A DNA stretch of 64,000 nt from Vitrella brassicaformis CCMP3155 (Eukaryota > Protista > Chromerida), in contig CDMY01000447.1 in NCBI GenBank assembly GCA_001179505.1, positions 310,001 to 374,000 on the forward strand. Direction: 5' to 3'. Positions 47,654 to 58,011 of this stretch are shown piece by piece. Each line of letters opens with the position of its first letter. Position 1 is the stretch's first letter. The notes below the pieces were generated by a model. It did no database searches. It was not told where the DNA came from and saw only the letters and a list, made by a program, of their open reading frames with translations. A program made the translations under genes and the position numbers.

Positions 47654-48842
47654 CATCGTCAAAAGGCCCCGAGCCAACCCTGCCGCCAGCCATCTGACAA
47701 GATGTGACATCCATCTATGTATCATGTGTGTTTGGCTGCCTGAGTGTGAGCTCTCTGGGCCCTATGCCGGTGTGTGTGCCAGGGTACCTCTGGCCCGACG
47801 CCATAGTCGAATCTGGACTCCCTAGAATCACTCAGATTGACTGACCTGCCTACGCCACCCCTGATTTGTGTGCGTGTGCTTCATGGCGTGCCTCCGCGAT
47901 CTTTCCATAAGTCCGCTTCCATGTAGCAGTCTTACGGATGAGGAGCGTCGGTGAGAGGGCGTTATCGTCTTTCAACACGTTCTCACGTGAATTGGACTTG
48001 TGTGTCATTTTGCTTTCAGCCAATCAGACTTTTCATGTTTGCACAATGGACACGCCAATTGATCAATCGATTGCTTGAATGCACGGTGTGTGTCTCTGTC
48101 GATCTATCCATCTTATCAATCCCCCGTCTCCCTTATATATAACACATACACATACACACACACACACATACAGGCACACGTGGACGTACAGACGATTATG
48201 CATAGGCGAGTCGAGACATATACACATACACACCATGTATCCACTGGCGGTCCATCTTTTCTTGTCTCTCTCTTCCTCTCCCTCTCCCTCTCCCTCTCTT
48301 TGTCTCTGTGTCTCTCTCACTCTTCATCTCCCTCTCCGAGGCTCTCCCTCTGCGATGTACATTTTCGCGGTACAGAAGTTCTTCCAAGAGCTGCCGTAGA
48401 GCGCCAACAGACGTCCGAGAGCCTTCACAGTGCTTCTGTTCATCTCTGAAGGTACTCAGGACTCATTTCCGCCTCCATCCGCTCTCATTAACATCTCCTA
48501 ACTGTGACTCCACAGACCCCACAGTTGGGGTGGGTGGGTGGGTGAGTGTTTTTAATTACTCATCTATGCCATGTGCAATCAGACGGCACGTCTCATTAAC
48601 TGAGAACGTGTTCTTCCACATGTGCCGACGAAGCTTCCGCCGTTGGCAATCTGTCTGTCCAAGCCAGGACAGGACAGGACGTGTGTGCTGTAGATAGATA
48701 CATGAATGGAAACATCCATCCGTAATTGATGAATGCATTCGTGTGGCGTCAACACAATCATCAATCGCGGAGAAAGACGATACGATAACTGACGCACATG
48801 AACCGTCCGCTCACACGCACACGTCACAGGCAGCCCAGCCCG

Positions 48843-50369
48843 TCACGCCAGCCCGCACAACATCCTTCCATTGATGGGTGCCGTCATCGGCCGCTCCTGC
48901 TTCCTCTCTTCGTCAAACACATTCGATGCAATCGGCAGCTTACTCAGAAACCGCCTCTGCGATAAGTACTCCGGCTTCTGCTCAATCAGGGCGACGCGCA
49001 GATTCCCCTGCCTGCCGTACCCCGGCAGGCTCTTCTTTTCACTCATCTGCCGTTGCAAAATGGCGATCATCTTGGAGGCACTCTTGTCGAGCCTCTCGAA
49101 GGCCACCCTCTTGGCCTTGATGTCTGGCTCCTCGTCGTCGTCAGCCATGTCCAGTGTTGGCGACTCCTCACGTCGCGCAGGGTGGGGAGAGGCGGTCTCG
49201 TCGCGCATGAGGGCAAGACGCCCCTCCAGCACAACCAGCTCGTCTCCAGTGGCTGACGAAGCTGAAGACTCCGATCTCGATGTCACTGCGGGCTGCGTCT
49301 CTCGGGTCCTCTGGCGCACCGGCGTCCCTCGGCCAGCTTTCGTCTCAGCGGCCTTCCGCTCCTTCCTGAGGGCTTTTTGCTTCGCCGCGTATCTCTTCGC
49401 GGTTATCGCCGCCCGCAGAGAGGCCGCCCCATTCGCCGAAGCCGTCGTCTCCGAAACTACTTGGGTGGGAGCAGCGGCTTTCTGCGGTCGTGGCTCAATC
49501 TCCCCCGAAATGGGGTTGAAGTAATGCCTCTCCTGGTAGATGCTTTGGAGATAGCGGGCGTGCTGCTGCCTCGCCCTCTCATACACGGGCAGCAGGTCTC
49601 TCGACACTCTCTCATACTCGACGGCCAGCTCGGCCAGCTGTTGAAGCTCCTTGGTCGCCGAGCCCCTGATCCGGGAGCTCTTCTTGTCAAGCCCCTGACG
49701 AGACCGTATCGCAGCCTTCCTCGATGAGGGGCTGCTGATCGTAGCCCTTCTCGATGTGGGGCTGCTGCTGGCGCCGGTGGGGGACCTGCTGATACTCGCC
49801 CTTCGTGAGATGGCTCGCGAGAGGCCGGCGATGGGCTCGGGGGCCGGCGACGCATCTTGAAATCGGGTGCTGATGGGATGGGATGGCTTGGCGTCCTTGT
49901 CTGTCACCTGCAAACAAGAGAATCACTTAGCATAGGTATCGATATATTGAGGAGGGGGGAAGTGCATGCACCTCGCTGACCTCCACAACTCCTGGGGCGC
50001 TCACCTCACCTGTGAGGGAATGGCAGTTTGAAGAGCAGCTTCATCCTTCACAGCAAGCAGCGGTGGCTTATCCGGCAACGCCAGTGGCTCCGCCTCTCTG
50101 CTTGACCGCTGCTCCCTCTTCAGCACCGCTGGGGCCGGCAGGTCAAGGCGCTCTCTGCATCGGCTGACGGGCCGTGACGATGAGAGGGCGAGATGGCTCA
50201 TTCGCACCTGGTTGGACTCATCCAGGAGGTTGCCGCGCAGCTCCGTGAGCACCTGTAAGTATGCCTCTGTTTCATGATGGAGCTTGTTGACTATGTGTTC
50301 GCACGCGGCGAGCTGCTTGAGGCTCCTGGTGGAGGGCAGACGGCTGGGCACTCCCAAATAGGTCCTCAT
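48843..50369 (-). CDS. Hypothetical basic/Ser-rich protein (at least two exons; extra 3' exons possible)
   Basis: Exon 50369-~50011 is spliced in phase 0 to the 356-aa ORF 49913-48843. Coiled-coil-like segments (KELQQLAELAVEYERVSRDL). No family recognised. Confidence 0.6.
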
Positions 50370-50567
50370 CTTTCGCGTGTGTGTGGGGAGCGAACCGAAG
50401 GGAGAAGGAGGGCTCGCACCTCCTCGCCCATTTACAAGCAGGGGGGCTCCCACGTGGATGCCGCGCGGCCTGCGGAGAGGCCCATGCACGCGTGAGGGAT
50501 GCGCTGTTGCAACGGCATGCGCATGCACGTACCTTCATGGATAGCCCTCAGGGCCTCTACGTACCAG

Positions 50568-52502
50568 TTAGTGCCGTTCCAACACTGCTGATCCCGACCA
50601 CACACCATTGCCCCCCTCCCGGCTCAGGTACCCTTTCACGTCAAAACCGACAAAGGCCTCACGGAACCCATCAGCAGTCGGCCTGCCTCCCGCTCCCGCC
50701 CCGCCCCCCCTACCAGACCACGACAGAGACACCTTCTGTGCACCCCTCACATGGGCCACCTCGCCAACGTAGGCGTGCAGCGGGCTTGGCAGGGCCTGAG
50801 CATCGTGCATACTGATGGAGATCTCGCTGATGGAAGGCATCCGTGGGTCGTCGAAGAGCCCCAGCTGCTGATTCCCGCACATGCCGAGCCGAAGGTGGTC
50901 GATGGTGACTTTCTCGAGGCGGCTCACTGGCAAGGCGACGAGGCATCTCTGGACCAGCGCGCAATTGGACCTGTCAAACAGCACACGCTCCACTCGTGGG
51001 GCCTGGAATCGACACACATACATCAGCTCGACAGTATCGTCATGTGTATCTATCGGCCGCCGTACCGAAGCAAAGAAGCGGCTGACGATATCAGCGTTGT
51101 CGGGATCGACCAGCCGGAAGACCTTCATTGACGTCGCTGTGGGGAAGCTGGGTGGGGCGTCAGGGCGGGTGACGCATGGAGGGAAGACACCGTCATTCTG
51201 CTGGTCGCATTCCACCGTCACCTCGTCAGCAGAGGCGAAACGGAACCCACGAAAGGCGCGACCAAGACTCTCAAAGTCGTCCTCCTGCTCTTCGATAGAG
51301 GCGTCGAAATCCTGTTGATTGAAATGATCAGTCACATGAAAGAAAAAGTAAAGAGGGAGGGAAGTATATGAATGAAACACGAGACAGCTGTGACGAACGA
51401 ACTGACCTGCTCGATAGCGACGCTCTTGGCCGCTGCAGCCGAGCGCCGTATGAACGCGTTCAGGGCCTGATCGGCCGGGGTCGATGTTAGCGGATAGAGG
51501 AAGAAGTCACTGCTGAAATGCGTGACCTGCATTTAATCGCATGGCATGTACAAGAAGACAGGCACAACAAGACGTTTAAAGCATTCGAACGAAGACTGCA
51601 GCTCAGCTCCAAACATACGGGTGATGATTTGATTCCTCCATGGCCGTGTGTGCACATATGATTGATCTGCGTACCTCAAGTGCGAAGCCGGCAGCACAGG
51701 AATCCATCACGAGTGCGTGGAGCTCGCGAACGTTCTGCATGCTGCTCAGCGCCTCCACCCACTCCCCTTGGAAATGCACCCGCAGTTTCTTCAGCCGCAC
51801 ACGACTGGCCCGGAGCAGCGTCTTCAGCCCGTTCAGGTCAGCTGCCGTGCACGCAAACAGATACAGCTCCCCGAGGCTCTCGAGAACGACGAGGTTGGGC
51901 ACTTGCTTGAGCGAGCCGATCAGCTCGTCGACGACCAGACCGTCTTGGATGAAATGTCGGAGGTTTCTCGTCTCGCTCACCCACTTGGCGGGCGATGCGT
52001 CGCTCGGCGGCACGATGGAGGCAAACTCAAACAATTGCAGGACAGGGAGCACCCATCGTCGCTCCTCCGCCATCGCCAGCCAGACGTTAGTGTCCCCATC
52101 GATGCGCACCCTCTCCAGCCGTGGGAAGATCTGCCTCCTCCTCGTCGTCGACACTCCAGTCGAGGTCACTCGGTGCCGCGCACTTGTGATCTCGAGGGAC
52201 CGCAGTGCAGCAGCAGTGCCTTCCAGCAGCACAATGAGGCCGGCCACATTCCCCTCAGAAACGCTGATGGACGCCCTCGCTGAATGGCACATTCGGCTGG
52301 CCAGAAGGGAGGCGCCAGCGGGAGTAAGCCGGCTCCATGCTGACGTTTCTGCAGGGACGACGGTGAGATGTTGATATGCAGAGGGAGAGCCCGCAGCCGC
52401 ACGAAACAGGCGACAGACGAGGGAGAGCCGGAATGACTCGAGGGTCGTCAGGTGGCCGAAGATACCTCGGACACATTCAACGGGCAGGTCAGCGAACACC
52501 AT
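50568..52502 (-). CDS. F-box protein with LRR-like C-terminal region (three exons)
   Basis: N-terminal F-box MVFADLPVECVRGIFGHLTTLESFRLSLVCRLF. LRR-like FPRLERVRI, LKKLRVHF, LEKVTIDHL. Phase-0 introns join the three ORFs. Confidence 0.8.
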
Positions 52503-52868
52503 AATGATTGGTAACGACCGAGGGAGAGGTCGCGGGAATGTACACAGCGCTGGCCACTTGAGACTTGCGCGGGCGTCGGACACACCAGGCCGGGCCCTCT
52601 CGCGAACGCGAAAGCAAAACCCTGGGAGCAAGGCAGAGGCTGCGTGTGAGTTGGGGTAGATCCCGTGAAATGCAACTGCATGCTGAGAACCCTGAGCACT
52701 CCGAACTGTCCCTCCTTCTCGTCAACCGTCCCTCTGGCTCATCTGTTGCCTTAACGGGCAACGACAGCGATCCTCTACAGCCACTCTAATCTACCGACAT
52801 GGGCACAGCAAGTCGTTCTGGCTGTCGCTGCTGAGCCAAGATCTGCCCAGATCTTCGACAAAACCCAA

Positions 52869-55205
52869 ATGGCGCTGTTTCGTTACTGTCCTTACGACGG
52901 CAGAAAGTTCTTCCAGGAGGAGGTCGTTTGTCCTCTCTGCAAAGAGCCGCGCTTCCCGGTGAGCAAAGCATGCACCGACCTGTGTGGCAGCAGACAGAGA
53001 TTCGTCCTCGTTGCTCACTCATGCATGAGCCGACATGGCATGCAGTGAGCGAGTCCTTTTTTCTCTCTGTTTGGGTTGCTTGCTACAGCTGTCGCACACG
53101 TGGCGTTTTCAGAGGGAGAGGAGTCAGGACGGCCAGCGAGTGCCGTGGCGCAAGATCCTCTACGAGCGGCAGCCCTATGATGACACACACGTCGACATCA
53201 CATTCCTCGACTCACTCATTACCAATGGTGCGCATGGGACACCTGCCTGACCAGACAGACGGCTGCCATGGGATGGATGTTTGATGCGACTGTGTGCGTG
53301 TGTGTATGCGTGTGTATGTGTGTGTGTGTGCAGCAACGGTTGGCGAGTATCGGTACTGGACGTTGTGTTGCTGGTCTGTCGACCTCACGCAGCCGCTGAG
53401 CTGTCTGACGCTCTTCCTGGCTTTGTATGTGTTGCTGCGCAAGGGGATGGTTGACGTGCGGTGGCTCGTCGGCCTCGACATGGGCTTGCTCGCTGGCGGG
53501 TAGGTGGATGGGTGGGGTGAATGGAATGGGTGAGCCAGGCGGGCGGGTAGCTTGACTACCCAGACGATTGCAACACTAACCACTGCGTGTGTTCGTGTGT
53601 CAGGTATGTTGTCTGCGTGCTGCTTCGCCGCAACAAAGAGCCGCAAGGTATCTATCCACCGTGGATGGGAGAGGAGAGGGGCTGGAGGGATGTGTCTGTC
53701 TGATGGTGCATTGCATTGGTCTGGGTGCTGTAATTACGTGCAGGCGGCACATGGAGAGCCCTCAGGAGTGCCGTGAATATCGTGGGATTCCTCTGGGTCA
53801 GTCAGTCGAACAAGCTAGGGCCACCGATGATGATTCAAGCCTTGATGATTCCTTGCTTGTTCTGCTCGGTCGGCCACAGATGCTGTCACCGGTGCTGCAG
53901 ACGCTCACTCAGACCTACAGCAGCGACACCCTCTACACACTCACCACCAGTAAGTAGACCAGCCAACATCGATTGCGCCGGACGGACCACATAAGCGTCG
54001 ATTGATTGCCTCTGGTGTGCTACGCTACGCTACCTGTTGACTGTCTTCAGTGTTTCTGTTGCTCCATTTGGCTTTCTACGACTACCACTTCGTGTACGGA
54101 AGCAACAAGCCCAACAGGCGACCAGCCGTGAGAGAGGATGGGAGCACTCACTTGTGTGCAGTGCAGGGCAGTGCAGTGGAGTCTGCAGATATCTGTTGGT
54201 TGTATGGGTGTGTGTTTTGTGGCTGGGTCTGGTCTGCAGGTGCCAGGGGTGCGCCCGTCGCCCAGACCGCCCAGCCCGTTTGGCTTAAATGCAGCCATGT
54301 TCGCTGCGGTAGGTACGATGATGTTAGTAAGACAGGCAGGCAGGCAGGCCACGATATGCCCCTCATGGTCTGTGTCTATCCTGCCTATGGTCCCATACGG
54401 ACGGACGGCGCAGGTGTTGCTCGCCTCTCGACTGAACACGTCCGCAGAGGTCAGTCAATTACGTGTCAGTCAGTGCAAACGCTGAAAGGTGCTGCACCCA
54501 CCATTTATCCCTATGTGGCTTCCCTTCCTCCCCCACAGGTGTTTTCGGTTGTCTTGTTCGCAATAGAGTGAGTGAGTGAGTGAGTGAATGGGCGGCTGGG
54601 CTGGGTGTGTGGGCGGGCGAGTCGGTAACACTCACTGCAATGCGCACATGTGTGATGCGCAGGATGTTCGGCCTTAGTCTCATTCTCCGCAGAGATATCA
54701 GGGTGTGTGGGTCACTACAGTACACCACACCACACACAGACGTCCCGTTGCTGGCAGGGCAGGCAGCAGCCCTCTTCCTCCGATGTCCCCTGTCTGTCTG
54801 TTTGTTGTGCTGTGTGTCCTGTCCAGGATTCGTGTGAGTGGGCGTACACGTTCGTGCTGACTCCCCTGCTGGTGGCCACGGCCTACTGGCTGCTGAAGCT
54901 CGTGTCCATACACATGGCATTCTTCTACCTAACCTGGTTGGTGGGTAATGTATGTACCAGCAGACAGACACCTAAGCGGTCCCTTGTTCTGCCACTGGCT
55001 GCAGCATATTGCTGATAACATTTGTCGGTCCCTACTGCTTCATCCACTCGCAGCGATACAAAAGGTACGCTGGCACACGAAAAGGGCGGGCACCTCCCTC
55101 CACAGCCCAATAAGTCGGGTCACTGTGTGGCTGCGTGTGTGGTGTGCGCACTGTAGTGAGATCAAGGGTCCGTGGGACATCGCTGAGGTTCCTTCCTACA
55201 GCTAA
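52869..55205 (+). CDS. PIGC: GPI-GlcNAc transferase subunit C with N-terminal zinc-ribbon-like extension
   Basis: PWRKILYERQPYDDTHVDITFL, LSPVLQTLTQTYSSDTL, LHLAFYDY, LNAAMFAAVLLASRL, KSEIKGPWDIA. Exon 1 is MALFRYCPYDGRKFFQEEVVCPLCKEPRFP. Confidence 0.9.
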
Positions 55206-56133
55206 TTAAGCAGATGGCGCTTTGTAGCAGTGCAGGCAGTGTTGAGTGTTCGCAAGGACCGACCAATCCCCATGGCCCCACTTGGGACCTGCGCGATCGC
55301 CATCCCTTGAGGCTCCTTCCTCCCCCCTTTTCCTCTCCCTTTTGCACGCGGAAAGCGACACGAACGAAGCATGTGGCGAGATTTTCGCGCGACGAGACGC
55401 AGACAACCCTGTCACTGACATCGGAGTGTGTCGACGACCGACTGTAAGTGAGTGGCCGACCGACCCGTGTGTGTGGACAGAGTGTGTATCCATCCATCCA
55501 TCCAGTTATCGATTCGACTTGATGCTGCAGGCTGTGTGTGCATATATAGTAGAGAGAAGAAGGACACGAGTGGAGGCCGGCAGGCAATCCCGACTCTGAC
55601 TGACTTGATGACATGTGCCATAGCTATGCCTATCTATGATCGATCGGGTGAATGAATGGTGCCCGTCTGTCTGTCTGTCTGTGTATCTATCTCCCTCCCT
55701 GTCTGGTTTTGTTGTGAGATCTGCCCTGCCAGTGCGGATGGCTTCCATCCAGCTGGCCCGATTGATGCATGCATGCATTCATTCATTCATTCTAGTGGGT
55801 GGGCTGGGCAGGCTCTGCTCTTGACTTCCTTGAAACCATCAATCAATTCAGAAACCACATGCACACAACACACGCACCGCACCGCACGCAGCAAACACTC
55901 ACGTCACGGACCATGACATGTCTGAAGGTATCCATTCCTGGACGTCATGAACGAACGGGTGCGTCCCCATCGCACGCCACGCACATCACAGGCACACGGA
56001 AGGAAACCGTCCACCAATCCCACCTCACGCACACACACGCGCACGCGCATGAGCCAGCCGGTCGCGTCACTCACTCACACGCACGCAGGTGTCCGTCCGT
56101 CCCCCTGAGCTCTCGTCAGGTCGTTCACTTCAT

Positions 56134-57823
56134 TCAGTAGGCGGGTTGTTCCTTTGGCAGGACGACGTCTTTGCCGGAGGTCATGACGAGGAAGTCGGAC
56201 CATTCCTGGTAGGGCGACTTGGCGTACGGGTGATCCTTCCACAGGTCCGGCGTCAAGTACCCGCTGGTCTTGCTCAACGCGTCGAAACACGCCTGAACGA
56301 ACAACAAACAAACAAACGAAGGGTAACAAACATCCATCGCCCCCCACAGTAACCCATTTTCACATCCGTCCACTCCACCGACGGATCGGATCAACCAACA
56401 TGTGGATATCTAAGATGTGTGATATCTATCTCCCTTACCTTCATGAAGTTGCCTCGTGTCTTGGAGTGGCCGGATGTGCACGAGAAGCAGTCCTCGACAC
56501 CCGCATACTGCATACCATCGCATCGCATCCAGGTACACACAGATGTGGGTGAGGGAGACACACACACGCATCCACACACGCTCTCGTAAGACAAAGAAAG
56601 CCCCCTCCCTAGCTTGCTTGACTCTCTGTGCGGCGCAGCGCACCTGTAGGAGTTTCTTGGTGGTGGGTGCCCCGACGATGGCGGTGCCGCGGGGTGCGGG
56701 GATCAGCCGCACGCGCACCGAACCGCACTTGCCGTGCACCTTCATCGGCACCGTGTGGGGCTGACCGATGCGATTGCCCCAGTACCCACGGCTGAATGAA
56801 CCGAACCAGACAGATAGACCACAAACAAAGGACGGGACCAAGAGACGTTCATTGATTTGATTTGATTTGATGCGGTGTGTGGGTTGTGGGTGGGTACCTA
56901 CCGGACAGGGATGAGGTTGAGCTTGGCGGCGACGATGGCCCCACGGATGGCCGTGGCAACCTCCTTGGCGCACTTGACACCCAAACCCACATGACCGTTG
57001 TTGTCACCTTCACACATACAGACAGCACAGGCACGATTGCAATCGTGTGGCCGTTCGTCCATTCCATGACACGTCAGCTCACGTCACCGAACATTCGTTG
57101 GTGTGTGCTGTTGTGTGCGTGCGGTGCGTACCGACAGCAACGAATGCCTTGAAGCGGGTGCGCTGTCCGGCTCGGGTCTGCTTCTGCACGGGCATGATCT
57201 TCATCACGTCATCCTTCAACGTACCAGGCGCGAAAAAACGGTCGATGATCTGACACACACACGGACACACAGAACAGACAGAGTGTATTCCGACCGACCC
57301 AGCAGATGACTGACTCGTGAGGGCGTGTGTGACTTGACTTGACTGACCTGGTATTCCTTGATGGGCAGTGAGTGAAGGTAGATCTCCTCGATGGACTGGA
57401 TCTTGTTGTCCCGTACCAGCCGGCCCAGCTTGGTTACGGGCGTCCAGATCTCCTTGTCCTCACCGCCGCGACCACGACCACGACCCCTGAGAATGAACCA
57501 ACCCACGAAGCAGCGGCACACACACAGACACACAACACACAACACACAACACAACCACAGTCCTTCCCTCCAAGTCCCCCACCCCACCCCTGCTAATCCC
57601 CCTATGGCTGTCAGCTGACTAACCTGCCTCGCCCGCGTCCACGCCCGCGGTCTCCACCCCGGCCGAAGCCACGGCCAAAGCCGCCACGTTCTGACGCCAC
57701 AACACAACAACCGGGAGAGAACCAACCAGTCAGACGCGGCGCTTCCCTCTGGGTGGTGTGGTTTGTCGCGGATCTTTCTTTCCCTCTGTCTGTAAGTGCC
57801 TGTGTGGCCCTCTCACCTGCCAT
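56134..57823 (-). CDS. RPS2: 40S ribosomal protein S2 (uS5)
   Basis: RGG-rich N-terminus, [84 protein letters not shown]. First coding exon is only 7 nt (ATGGCAG). Confidence 0.97.
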
Positions 57824-58011
57824 GCTTGCCAAAGGCGCGTTAGAGACCCTCGGGAGCCAATGCGAGCTGAAACTGGCGATCCCTTCAACTGCGAGCTTAG
57901 CTGCTGAGGCCGCCACATATATGGCGACAACGAGGCAGGAAGAATGACCAATGATGAGTTCGCAAGATGGAGCTCTACCAGCTTGATGATGGAGCTTGAT
58001 GCAGCAGCCTG

